Notes under the pieces: generated by a model | Databases searched by the model: none | The model's input: only the letters and a program-made list of their open reading frames with translations | Told to the model about the DNA's origin: nothing | In this document: piece after piece, positions 7,125 through 17,000 of the stretch | How positions within the stretch are numbered: the stretch's first letter is position 1 | Layout: each line of letters starts with the position of its first letter | Origin: an uncultured virus (IMG/VR IMGVR_UViG_3300036944_000852) | Taxonomy: Duplodnaviria > Heunggongvirae > Uroviricota > Caudoviricetes | Length of the DNA: 20,000 nt | Virus record (IMG/VR): IMGVR_UViG_3300036944_000852 | Direction: 5' to 3' (one strand) | Made by a program: the position numbers and the translations under genes

Positions 7125-7679
7125 CTAGAACGGAGCATCCTCCACGCCAGCTACCGGTGAAGCTGGTGCTGGTGCTGGTGCTGGTGCTGGAGCTGGTGCC
7201 GGTGCTGGTGCAGCAGCTACTGGAGGAGAGGCAACTGCTGAAGCTGTAGTAGGTGCTGCAGCTCCTGTAGCAGGGTAGTATCGCTTGATCTCGTTGCTCT
7301 GGTTGCCGTTGTAGGTACGGACTCCCAGGGTGCCACGGAAACCGCGACCGATAAGGGCCTGCTCAATCTGAGCTGGTGACGGGTTCTGCTCGAAGTAGCT
7401 GGTAGGTAGACCCATTGCGGTGGCCTTCATGAAGAACATGTTCATCGCCTTAGGGTTTTCCTGAGTCACAACCAGCTGGTCCCAGACGCGACGCTTGTCG
7501 TGTGCGCCACCCTGAACCTCGTTGGTGATCTTAAACATCAACTTGCCGGTCGATGTAGTTGTTGCCTGTGCCTCGATTACCTTTAGGTCGTAGTCGCCGT
7601 CTGGTAGCGGTGCATAGTTGTTGCTAGTTGCTGCAGTTCCTGCTTGCTTTACTAGATCTGCGAAATTGACAGTAGTCAT
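7125..7679 (-). CDS. DUF669-family ssDNA-binding-like protein
   Basis: PLPDGDY.LKV.EA....S.GKLM...GAHDKRRVWDQL...YNG...NEIKRY core, Ala/Pro-rich linker and acidic-aromatic tail EDAPF. Adjacent to the AAA ATPase, as is typical. Confidence 0.8.
   Translation of the reverse strand: MTTVNFADLVKQAGTAATSNNYAPLPDGDYDLKVIEAQATTTSTGKLMFKITNEVQGGAHDKRRVWDQLVVTQENPKAMNMFFMKATAMGLPTSYFEQNPSPAQIEQALIGRGFRGTLGVRTYNGNQSNEIKRYYPATGAAAPTTASAVASPPVAAAPAPAPAPAPAPAPAPASPVAGVEDAPF
7162..7212. repeat. Imperfect (GCTGGT)n hexamer tandem repeat encoding an (AP)n linker
   Basis: gctggtgctggtgctggtgctggtgctggagctggtgccggtgctggtgca encodes an APAPAP run in the SSB-like protein. Confidence 0.85.
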
Positions 7680-7689
7680 TTATTTATCC

Positions 7690-8460
7690 TTAGTTAGTTT
7701 TCTTTGTTGTTGATGTTTCTGTCTTCTTTTCACCGAAGACGATATCCAGCATGCGTTCGACCCCGAGGTCTTGCTGCTCGACTACTTTACCTAGACGCCC
7801 CTGCACGCGCTCTCCAGCTTCATAGTCTGGAGTTCGCTCTACATACATGCGACGCACCTTGTATGGCGGCTGCATTGGGTCCGGGTTCGGCATAGTTTCT
7901 ACCGTGATTGCGCCCAGGATGTCATAGAAGTACGGGGCCTGAATTGCTAGCTGGCCCTGTAGGTAAGGACGGTATACGCCATCCTGCCCCTTACGTGCCA
8001 TAGCAGTCAGTACGACAGCTTCTAGTGCCTGTGTCGGGTGCATTGTCAGATCACGAAGGTCACGAAGTAGTGCACCCATGTGGCGAAGCAATTCGCCCCA
8101 CTGCTGCATCTTCATCTGTTCGGTTCCTGCAATGTTGTCCATGCACTTGACCTGCAACTCAGAGATTGAGTCGATGATCAAGGACTTGAACTGGTGCTTA
8201 CCTGACTGAAGCCACTGGAACGTCTTCATAACAACGTCGTACTCACGGACCTGGACAACAACAGTGTCCCAAGTTCCGTCAGCCAATGGTGGTTCCTCTG
8301 TCATCGGATCCCAATACTTAACGTTGATAGGTAGGAATCGGTGTCCACCCTCAACGTCGAGCATTAGGCGTGGGTAAGGTGCTGTAACGGCAAAGGTTGA
8401 TTTACCAACCTTCGATTCGCCATAAACCATAATTGTTAAACTGCGATCGACTTCCGACAT
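7690..8460 (-). CDS. AAA_24 / Sak4-like (RecA-fold) phage ATPase, probable recombination or ssDNA-annealing protein
   Basis: Walker A YGESKVGKST, LDVEGG, Walker B LIIDSISE, and QQWG. Lies between the nuclease and DUF669 genes. Confidence 0.85.
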   Translation of the reverse strand: MSEVDRSLTIMVYGESKVGKSTFAVTAPYPRLMLDVEGGHRFLPINVKYWDPMTEEPPLADGTWDTVVVQVREYDVVMKTFQWLQSGKHQFKSLIIDSISELQVKCMDNIAGTEQMKMQQWGELLRHMGALLRDLRDLTMHPTQALEAVVLTAMARKGQDGVYRPYLQGQLAIQAPYFYDILGAITVETMPNPDPMQPPYKVRRMYVERTPDYEAGERVQGRLGKVVEQQDLGVERMLDIVFGEKKTETSTTKKTN

Positions 8461-8462
8461 TC

Positions 8463-9395
8463 TTACTCACTTCCTTTCTCTTCTGTAATTCCGTAGTAAC
8501 CGTATGGGTCGGATGACACAAACGCGTCGCTCAGAGCGGCCTCTGCTGCCGAGCCGTCGTCAAACAGCGGGCAGATAGCGAAGAATTGACACTTCCACTT
8601 GCAGTCTTTGCTTGGTTTAGGGTAGACGTGCTTAAAGTGACTCTCTCCGTCATTCAACGCGTCACGGACGCGAAGCATGTCTTCGAGGGTGCCTTCTAAT
8701 TGTTCTAGAAAGGCACGAAGTGCAAACCTATTGTGACGAACCTCAATCTGGTCGTAGAACGGTGGCTTAGCATAAGCGCCGCGCTTAACCTTACGAAGCA
8801 TAGTAAAGATTGCTCCGTCAGTTCGAGTTCCGTCTTCCTTGTCCTGGACTTCGTCTAGGAGCATGTAAGTTTTGACCTGCTCATTCATGTGAGCCATAGC
8901 GCCGAAGTCAGCAAATGAGCCACCAACAGTCTTGAAGTCACGGATCATACGAGCGCCATCAATCTTGCGACGGACGCGCATGTCAATCTTTCCTTGGAGG
9001 ATAACCTTGCCATCCATCATTGGACGCTCAAGGATCTCTTCTGTGGAGATCATTTCAAGCTCTGCGTCGATGCCCTCGTGCTCTACCCACTCAAGGTAGC
9101 CCTCAAGCATGATTCGACCCAAGTCAGCATCGGCCTCCAGTCCAGAGGTATCTCTGTACTCATCGTTTAGCTTCTTCATGTCTTCTTTGACTAGGTCAGC
9201 GTGAGCCTCTAGCAGGTCCTGACCGGTCGAGTAGTGCCTGTCCAGGGCCTCGTGGATCCTAGAACCTAGAGCTAGTGCTCCAGTGAATTCTGTGACCTTA
9301 GGACGCATTCTGCGGTAGTACGTAAGCCACCATCTGCGACGGCAGTCTTTAAAGGTTTGAATCTCTGAGTTAGAGATTCTGATTGGATCTGTCAT
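8463..9395 (-). CDS. PD-(D/E)XK exonuclease, Cas4/RecB(AddB)-like
   Basis: ISNSEIQTFKDCRRRW, GSRIHEAL, QGKID...IRDFKT, Q..TY and C-terminal C-KW-KC-x5-C cysteine cluster. Confidence 0.88.
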   Translation of the reverse strand: MTDPIRISNSEIQTFKDCRRRWWLTYYRRMRPKVTEFTGALALGSRIHEALDRHYSTGQDLLEAHADLVKEDMKKLNDEYRDTSGLEADADLGRIMLEGYLEWVEHEGIDAELEMISTEEILERPMMDGKVILQGKIDMRVRRKIDGARMIRDFKTVGGSFADFGAMAHMNEQVKTYMLLDEVQDKEDGTRTDGAIFTMLRKVKRGAYAKPPFYDQIEVRHNRFALRAFLEQLEGTLEDMLRVRDALNDGESHFKHVYPKPSKDCKWKCQFFAICPLFDDGSAAEAALSDAFVSSDPYGYYGITEEKGSE

Positions 9396-11224
9396 TACAG
9401 TCCTTTCTTGTTGTCGTTCAGTAGCTTGAGGAGCTGTTCCTTGTCGCGTACTACCTGCTGGAAGTTCTCTGACTTACCATCTAGTGCTTCAATTACTCGC
9501 TCTTCAATCGTTCCCTCGGTCACGTAGTCAGTAATGAGAATCGAATCGTGAATCTCAGAGCCAATGCGGTGAACTCGGTCCAGGGCCTGCTTGTAATCTA
9601 CAAGTGACCATGGTCTTTGAAGCATAACAAGTCGACGTGCAGTTGTCAAGGTAACTCCAACACCACCAGCCTGAGCCGTGAAAAGAATCCACTTTGTGCG
9701 CCCAGCCTGGAAGTCGTCAATAGCTCTTTGACGCTCATCGCCACTCTGAGCGCCAGTGATAAGCCCATGAGCAATCTTTTCCTTAGTTAGACGAGCACTT
9801 AACAACTCGATGAGCTGGCGAGACACTGCGCATACTGCCACAGAGTCGTCACCGAAGTCTCCACTTTCAATATCATCCATCAGAGCATCTACCTTACAAG
9901 AAGGGTCTGACAAAATCATTTTCTCTTGTCCATCTACAAGTTCCATAGTTCCGTACGAGCTAGCAAACTGAAGTAGACGCATTGTCTGAGTTAGCGGGTT
10001 AGGTGCAACAACAATATCTGTCTCGCCCTGCTCGAAAGCTTCATGGAATCGCTCCTCGGGGGTGGTATTAAGTTCAGCAATCATGTTCTCAAGCATCTGC
10101 TTGTAGGCCTTAGCCTGCTTAGCACCCATCTCAACATCACGGCGGTCATTGATTACTTCTGGTAGCCACGGGAGCACCTTCTGCTTCAACATACGACGCA
10201 TGCGAGGATGGATTCCAGCAAAGAACTCGGATTCCATAGCAGGCTTTAGGCCTAAGATCATCAGGCCACCGAAAGCATTCATCATGGTGTTGACGTAGCG
10301 ATCTAGCCATTTCGTTTTGCTTGGCCACTCTTTTGCGTCTAGCCAGTGAAGAATTGGCCACAGGTCAACTACGGTATTTGCAATTGGAGTACCTGTAAGC
10401 GCAAATCTGATATCAGCATTGCCAGAGGCTGCCCAAAAAGCACGAGTCTGCTTAGACTTAGGATCCTTTGATCGGTGAATCTCATCTGCTACAACTGCCT
10501 TGAAGTCAATTGTGTTTAGCTCACGCTGGTGTACTTCACAGCGAGATGCCGTGATCTTAGAGTCGTGGCCACCACATTCGGTGCATCTAGCTAACGCAAT
10601 AGAGCCGTAAGAAAGAAGTTTTGAGTGCGTGCGCAGCGACTCCCAGTTGATCACGTAGACCTGGGCCTCGTGGTCGAAAGCTTTCCTGCGCTGAGTTGCA
10701 GAACCTTTAATTACCTGAACATCGATACCAGGCCACCAGCGGTCAAACTCTCGCTCCCAGTTGGTCTTTAGAGTGTTAGGGCAGATAATCAGGGCTGGAA
10801 AAACCTGCTCTCCGCGGTCCTGTAGGCGCTTTAGGGCTCTAATAGCCTGAGCAGTCTTACCTAGACCTGGTTCATCCGCTAGCAACGCCCTACGGGCTGT
10901 AGATAGGAATTCTACGCCAGCACGCTGGTGCGGGAACAAGTCTGCATCGCCATCATCCATAGTCTCCACTTCCCTTAGGAAGTTAGACGGGTCAATTCTC
11001 GTAGACTTCTCGTTCTTAGCCCACTCGGCAAGTTTAGGCCCGATTTCTAGCTGCTGCCCGAACGTCGAGCGAAGTGATAGACATCCAGTCCATGAGACAG
11101 GGATACGCCAAACATTCTTATCCGAATCCCACTTGGATCCAGGAAGAGCACGGCAAACTTCTTTCAATCGCCATTCGGCGTTGATGATGATGTGCTCACC
11201 CTCAAGTTCTACAAAAACGCCCAA
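9395..11224 (-). CDS. SNF2-family (SF2) DNA helicase
   Basis: LFPHQ, LADEPGLGKT (motif I), ICPNTL (Ia), DEIH (II), LTGTP (III), GGVGVTL (V), QALDRVHRIG (VI). TTG start with GGAG RBS. Confidence 0.92.
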   Translation of the reverse strand: MGVFVELEGEHIIINAEWRLKEVCRALPGSKWDSDKNVWRIPVSWTGCLSLRSTFGQQLEIGPKLAEWAKNEKSTRIDPSNFLREVETMDDGDADLFPHQRAGVEFLSTARRALLADEPGLGKTAQAIRALKRLQDRGEQVFPALIICPNTLKTNWEREFDRWWPGIDVQVIKGSATQRRKAFDHEAQVYVINWESLRTHSKLLSYGSIALARCTECGGHDSKITASRCEVHQRELNTIDFKAVVADEIHRSKDPKSKQTRAFWAASGNADIRFALTGTPIANTVVDLWPILHWLDAKEWPSKTKWLDRYVNTMMNAFGGLMILGLKPAMESEFFAGIHPRMRRMLKQKVLPWLPEVINDRRDVEMGAKQAKAYKQMLENMIAELNTTPEERFHEAFEQGETDIVVAPNPLTQTMRLLQFASSYGTMELVDGQEKMILSDPSCKVDALMDDIESGDFGDDSVAVCAVSRQLIELLSARLTKEKIAHGLITGAQSGDERQRAIDDFQAGRTKWILFTAQAGGVGVTLTTARRLVMLQRPWSLVDYKQALDRVHRIGSEIHDSILITDYVTEGTIEERVIEALDGKSENFQQVVRDKEQLLKLLNDNKKGL

Positions 11225-11252
11225 TTAGGGTCTCCAATCTGTTGCTATATCT

Positions 11253-11297
11253 ATATTATCAGAAAAAACTACCAGTGCAAGTGTTTTTTGATAATAT
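11253..11297 (-). promoter_or_regulatory. Putative SigA-type promoter for the helicase-recombination genes, embedded in an inverted repeat
   Basis: Minus strand TTGCAC (11280-11275), 16 nt ending TGA, then TAATAT (11258-11253). Flanked by inverted arms ATATTATC(AG)AAAAAAC and GTTTTTTGATAATAT. Confidence 0.6.
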
Positions 11298-11298
11298 T

Positions 11299-11766
11299 TT
11301 AATCTTTTAGCAATCCTACAGGTTTCCAGCCTGAATTCACTGCCCGCAGTAGGGCGTGTCGGATTGCATCCAGTGCATGGCCAGCGCCACCACGGTGCCA
11401 GTAGCCTAGTTTCTTGAGCTTCTCATTGGTAAACATTGCCATCGCATTTGCTGGAGACTGAAAATATATGTCATCTCCAGACTTACCAATATCGAACAAG
11501 CACTGCTTTAAAATGCCAATAACTTCGAGCGAGTATGGAGCCTGAGAGTTACGCACAGTCTGAGCATTGATAACAAAACGCTCACATGCAATGTCTATGT
11601 TGTCTTTGATGGTTGGGTTCCATATTACTTCTCGGACAATCTTTGCAACTTCATGCTGCTCCAGCTCCCAAGAATTCTCTAAAACTGGATCCGATCCCTG
11701 CTCGATTCTAAGTAGTGCAACTCCAGTTATTTTGCCTGGGTCCAAGGACAATACATATTTAGACAT
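11299..11766 (-). CDS. RuvC-like Holliday junction resolvase (RNase H fold)
   Basis: VLSLDPGKITG, IACERF, EVIG.L and HALDAIRH acidic catalytic pattern. Directly downstream of the polymerase. Confidence 0.78.
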   Translation of the reverse strand: MSKYVLSLDPGKITGVALLRIEQGSDPVLENSWELEQHEVAKIVREVIWNPTIKDNIDIACERFVINAQTVRNSQAPYSLEVIGILKQCLFDIGKSGDDIYFQSPANAMAMFTNEKLKKLGYWHRGGAGHALDAIRHALLRAVNSGWKPVGLLKD

Positions 11767-13579
11767 ACTTGGCTCCCCAGTTTTCTAGCGGTCCATCAAC
11801 ATCAGCAGTCAGCGGGACCGACCAGTTGTCCGTGGTTGTCATACACTTCCTAACAAGTTGTTTAATCTCTTCCGCATCTTCTCTAGGTGCGTTAAGTACG
11901 ATCTCATCATGAACCGGGACGATTAGCAAGTCAGTCAAGTCTGCTTGATCAAGTTTTACCAGGTTTGACTTAAAGACTTCAGCCGCTCCACCCTGAATCA
12001 GGTAGTTTACAAGAGTGTAGACGCGGTCCTCATCGCAGGGGATCCTACGTCCAGTCCATGTGTGGACATAGCCTTGTCCTTCGGCTTCCAATCTGGTAGA
12101 GCCAGTCTGTTCGACATATTTCTGGAAACGCTGCATGCCGGGGTAACGCTCATCGAATGCGTTTGATACGGCACGCATCTGCTCCTCTGGCACTCCCGCA
12201 GTAAGCGCCTGCTTAGATACTCCTGCACCATACAGACGACCGTAAACTACACCCTTTATCAGGTTTCGTCTCTTGTCAGATTTAACCATGGATTGATCCT
12301 GGTAGACCTCTCGACCGATCTCAGTGAACGGGTCAGACCCCGTAGCATCAGAGCGTAGGAATAGCTGGATAAGGTTTGGGTCTTGTGACAGCGACGCGAA
12401 CATACGGAACTCAACCTGGTCAAGGTCAGAGGTAATAATTACGTGGTCATCGTCCTTCGGGAGGAATGCACGGCGAACAGTGTCGTCACCCTTAGGAAGA
12501 GTTTGTAGCGCAGGGTTCTGGATAGACATGCGCCCAGTGCGAGCACCCATTGTGTTGATAGATGGGTGTACGAATCCGTCAGTGTTGTCGTTGATGAAGT
12601 TAGCGAAATAGGTGTTGGCTAGCTTCAAAGCTTGACGATACTTAAGAGTGGTGTCTGCGAGCTGCTTAGCCTCCGCGCTGCCGTCACGCGAGATTAGCTT
12701 TAGCTGATCCTTGGATGCAGACTTTTGACCCTTGTCAGTTAGCTCGGTAATCTCCACATTGAGCGCCTCGAACTGACGAACTAGTTGCTGATTACTTCCA
12801 ATAGATAGACCGTAGTTGCCCTTAGCCCACTGAGCCACCTGGTCAGTGTAGTCAATAAGCTCTTGGTACTTTTTCTTGGAGTAGTCAAGATCCAGACGCG
12901 CACCGTTGAGCTCCATCTTGGTTGTTATTCTACGAGTATTCATCTCCAGCTCGTAGGGGATGCTGTAGGGCTTGCCCGGACCAGTCTTATCCCAGAAGCG
13001 CTCAAATAAGCGCATGGTCAAGACGGTGTCTAGCGCACCATAGGACCAATAAGGCTCGTAGTTAATTGGCACTGTGCCCCAGGTCCAGCCATTGTCGGAT
13101 AGCCCGTAATCCAGAATCGACTGCAAGGCTGCCGCCGTTGGGTCTACGTACTGTTCTGTAAGTTTTTTAAGGGCACCAGTCCCGAGCGGGTCGATAATCT
13201 TTGCCATAATCATCGTGTCATGGGCACGGTGCCATGGGATCGACCAGTCTGATTGAATCTCAAACCACTTAGCTTCGAAAGCAATATTGTGACAAACTAG
13301 CGGACCATCAAATTTATCCATGGCACTGTAAAAGACACCCTTCCAGTGATCCCAAGGAATTGACCAACCAGTCTGACCGTCACCGACCTGAACCAACCTC
13401 AGTTGGCCGTGCCAAGGCGATAGCGCATCTTTTCTAGGGTTGCCTGGAAGTTCTCCAGTTTCGGTGTCGATAGCAATAGCATTTAGCGGACGTCTTTCGC
13501 CCAACCATGACATAAATTCTGCGGCCTTAGCCACACTATCGACTAGGTGGAGCTGAACTCCTTCTAGTCCTGTTGTCAT
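11759..13579 (-). CDS. polA: Family A DNA polymerase (3'-5' exonuclease plus polymerase, no 5'-3' exonuclease)
   Basis: ExoI IDTET, ExoII HNIAFE, ExoIII YGALD, TGRMS..NP.LQ, motif A DLDQVEFR, motif B R...K...YG..YG, NYLIQG, motif C VHDE. Confidence 0.95.
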   Translation of the reverse strand: MTTGLEGVQLHLVDSVAKAAEFMSWLGERRPLNAIAIDTETGELPGNPRKDALSPWHGQLRLVQVGDGQTGWSIPWDHWKGVFYSAMDKFDGPLVCHNIAFEAKWFEIQSDWSIPWHRAHDTMIMAKIIDPLGTGALKKLTEQYVDPTAAALQSILDYGLSDNGWTWGTVPINYEPYWSYGALDTVLTMRLFERFWDKTGPGKPYSIPYELEMNTRRITTKMELNGARLDLDYSKKKYQELIDYTDQVAQWAKGNYGLSIGSNQQLVRQFEALNVEITELTDKGQKSASKDQLKLISRDGSAEAKQLADTTLKYRQALKLANTYFANFINDNTDGFVHPSINTMGARTGRMSIQNPALQTLPKGDDTVRRAFLPKDDDHVIITSDLDQVEFRMFASLSQDPNLIQLFLRSDATGSDPFTEIGREVYQDQSMVKSDKRRNLIKGVVYGRLYGAGVSKQALTAGVPEEQMRAVSNAFDERYPGMQRFQKYVEQTGSTRLEAEGQGYVHTWTGRRIPCDEDRVYTLVNYLIQGGAAEVFKSNLVKLDQADLTDLLIVPVHDEIVLNAPREDAEEIKQLVRKCMTTTDNWSVPLTADVDGPLENWGAKYV

Positions 13580-13597
13580 TTTGTCTTTCTGTTCGTG

Positions 13598-14071
13598 TTA
13601 AGGGATTATCTCCACATTGTACACGTCTGCTAATGCAGAGTCAACTTTAGACGCTTGAGCCACTAATCTTTGCGCTACCGAGGTCAGGTAGAAGTTGTCT
13701 GAAACTTCATCGTATTTATATAGAGAGTCCAATATAGACGACGGATCTGTAGTAACAGTAGCCCAGAATCTATACTTCTCCGGGAAAACTAAATCAAGGC
13801 TGTGATCAGGAGCGCACTCAATGCACGGTGATGCCTTTTGGTTGAGCTCGGAAGCGGGGGCTTCTGACAACTTATACTTTTTAACCATTGGACAAGCTGC
13901 CCCATGAAAAATCAGAGATACGCCAATCCTGGAAAGTACGTAAGAGCCGCTTTCGGTCTTGTACAGCTCGAACTCAATCCATCGATACGCATCACGTCTC
14001 TCGGAAGTTGACTTAGCTAATAGGGTTCCTTCGAATTGAAGGGTCCTATCTCCGTCTTTTACCTTATACAC
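13598..14071 (-). CDS. Hypothetical phage protein with possible metal-binding His/Cys residues
   Basis: 157 aa. GTG start overlaps the tail-fibre stop (TAGTG). Contains RWIEFELYKT..GSYV and H-x3-C...C-x2-C. Confidence 0.75.
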   Translation of the reverse strand: MYKVKDGDRTLQFEGTLLAKSTSERRDAYRWIEFELYKTESGSYVLSRIGVSLIFHGAACPMVKKYKLSEAPASELNQKASPCIECAPDHSLDLVFPEKYRFWATVTTDPSSILDSLYKYDEVSDNFYLTSVAQRLVAQASKVDSALADVYNVEIIP

Positions 14072-17000
14072 TAATTACCCTCTAATGCTTCTAGTCTGGC
14101 TTCCAACTGAGCGTTCTTTTCAGAGAGCTCCTGTATTGCTTTTGTTAAGTAGGGAATTAGCTCTATATGGTTCAGGCTTAGAAGAGGGTCAGTGTCGAAA
14201 CCTAAAGAATCGGCACCGTCCATGTTAGGTACCATATCCAAGTTTTCATCTACCACGGTGAACTCGGATATTGGGAGCACATTGGCGACATCCTGGGCTA
14301 TAAACCCAGAAAAAAGCTTATCCGTCTCGTCGACCTTGCTATTGAAGGTTACAGGCTGCAGCTGGGACACAACGGACAAACCCTGGCTAATTGGAGTTAT
14401 TGACTCCTTAACCCTACGATCCGAACTTACAACTTGAATTGCTGTCCTATTATCGTTTCGCCTCATGTTGGCAGCGCTAGTTGTAGTCCCTACAATAGTT
14501 AGCAGCTGCCCAGAGTTAGTAAAAGATGCGACAGTTCCATTACTATCATTTAGCTGGACACCGCTACCAACGGTCATGCTGCCAGTTAAGGCACCGCTAC
14601 TGAGGAAGAGTCCAGTGCCGATACCTTCTATTTCACCGCGCAACAAGCCAGAGGTATCTCTAAACTGAACACTGTCAGTGTCGCCCCTGATTTCCACTCT
14701 TTGGCCTGAAGCAGATGTGCGAATAATTCCACCAGTAACAGTTCCGCCAGATCCAACGGTAATAGTGTCGGCAATAACGTCGTCTAGGTACGCCATACCG
14801 TTCGAATAAAGCCTGAAGGCTGTTCCGCTAGCCTTATATCCAACGATTCCAGGGGCAGCGCTGTTAGCTCCTCGAATTTCTATTCGAGCACCAGATGTAG
14901 CGGTTCTCATAGTTCCACCGAGAATCGAGTCTGCTTTAATTCTGTTGGCGTCTAGAGTTCCAGTAGTGATTGCACCACCATCAATAGTTGTGGTGTCGCG
15001 ATACGCATTAACGTCTGCAGCTGCTTGGCCTGGCCCCAACTTGCCGCTAGCGGTGCTAAGGGCATTGGCTGCGGTGTTGCTGGCTGCGTTGGCTGTAGAG
15101 CTAGCAGTAGTCGCGGTAGTAGAGACGCTGTCTAGTTGACCACTAGTTGCGTAGCCACCAATCTGAACACCGCTAGCGATGTAAACAGATCCGTCGCTGC
15201 TAAGGATTCTGAATGTTAGACCGCCGCCAGAATTGTAGGCGTAAAGTCCGGTGTTGTTCATCTCAACGCGAGGGTTGGTGTTAGATGTTCTAACTGTTGC
15301 ACCAGTAATCAACTTACCATCCAGTGCACCAACTTTAATCTTGTCAGCCTCGATGGCGTTAGCCTGGATTGCGCCAGCAGAGATCGCATTAGCTGCAACG
15401 GTGTTAGCAGTTACGGCATCGGCACCAATTTTTCCAGCAATAATAGAGCCGGCTGCAATTTGATTTGCACCGATAGCGTTAGCCGAGATGGCGTTCTGAG
15501 TCACAACGTTAGGTCCAAGCAGTGACGCAGCATTGATTGACCCATTGGCTAGAGCACCAGCAGAGATCAAGTTTCCAGCAAAAGACCAGCTGTTCAGGAC
15601 ATTCGCGACCAATAGGTCGGTATTAACTAGAGGAGTAACTCTAGCCGCGCTCTGAGCTGAGACTAAGCTCTGGACGCCGCTACTGTCAGATACAACAAAT
15701 CTGAAGTAGTAGTCAGTGTTGTACTGAACATCCGAGAAGATGGCATAGTTGTTGGCTACTGCGGAAATGGTGGCAATTAATGTAGAGTCAGATGGAGTGA
15801 ACCCAGATACAGTGCTCCTGTGAATCTTTAGATACAAAAGGTCTGCAGGCGGCTCTGACGGAGGAGTGGTAGCTAGTAGACCATTCCACTTGACTGTCAT
15901 AGTTCCAAGTTTGGACTCAATGATTGGTGCCGTAGGTCCAACAGCTGAAATCGGAGTTGTCTTGATAGCAGTGGTGTGGGTTTTAGATACTGGATCAGAT
16001 TCCTGCTGACCACTATCCAGGGCTATAAGTTGGAAATAGTAGAGCTTACCCTGAGCAAAAATAGCGTCATCATCGAGAGTGTAAGAAGTTGCAGTTATTA
16101 CTGGAACATCCTTGATGCGCCAGTCCTCGCTGGTGGTTCTTCTCCATTTAATTCTGTAGCCAATTAAGTCTTCTAGCGGTTCCCCGGCTTTTGTCAGCGT
16201 AGGAGCTGTCCAGCTTAAGGTTACCTTAGCCGTAGGGAACGACACATTGGTGGAAACAACACCTTCGCTTGTGATTTGAAGGTTTGTAGGTGCAGCTGGC
16301 GGGTCACCATCTCGGACTGGGTCAGCAACTAGCGAGTAGTCGATCCATCGGATACCGTTCCAGTAGTAAATCTTATTATTTGCGCTGTCGGCCCAGGTGG
16401 ATCCCTCGGCTAGATATTTCTTAGCTACCGGGTAAACGTAAACGTCAGCATCCGGAACAGTAGTTGGGACTGGAGTATCAACTCCACCAGCATCTAAAGT
16501 GTAGACAATAGTGTTACTAGTGACGCTATCAATCCTGAACAACCCATCGATGCCGTAAGCCCTAGAATCTTCCGCGAAGATGTCAACAAAAAATACGTCT
16601 TCTGCTTGGAACTTGTGCGCACTATTTAGCGTCAGAGTGACCGTTGTGCCCGTTATAGAGTAAGAGTCTACCTTTTTTCGGGTCTGAAGTCTGTAATACC
16701 TAGTCCAAGTAGTTGGAGCCGCTGTCTCTGGCTGAAAAGTGTAAGTGTTAGTTACCGTTGACCAAGTAGTGGTAGTAGGGTCGTGTCTTGGTTTTCCGGA
16801 AGTCAGTGTTCTTCCGGTCCACGGTGGCGTATCCGTGCCTAGGACTTTAAAGTTATCGCCGTCCACGTCAATATTTACATCCGCAGTGCCGTGAATACCG
16901 CTAACTTCTAGCCGGTCACCATTAGATAGTTCTAGATCAGCTTCTAGGTAGATTTCTACTAGGTCAGTAGAGCCAGTGTACTTTTTAGGGTACGCAATTG

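Noticed and set aside
8463..9395. Cas4-like nuclease as evidence of a CRISPR-Cas locus
   Set aside because: No repeat-spacer array or other cas genes are visible. The context (AAA ATPase, DUF669, helicase) is a standard phage recombination module.
11759..13579. Polymerase as a DpoZ (2-aminoadenine-specific) enzyme
   Set aside because: No purZ, datZ or mazZ-like gene is present in the window, and I cannot see diagnostic support. A phylogeny would be needed.
15290..15570. Periodic sequence in the tail fibre as a DNA repeat array or DGR variable region
   Set aside because: The periodicity is at protein level (I-x-A-x-x pentapeptides) with divergent codons. No template/variable repeat pair or reverse transcriptase was seen.
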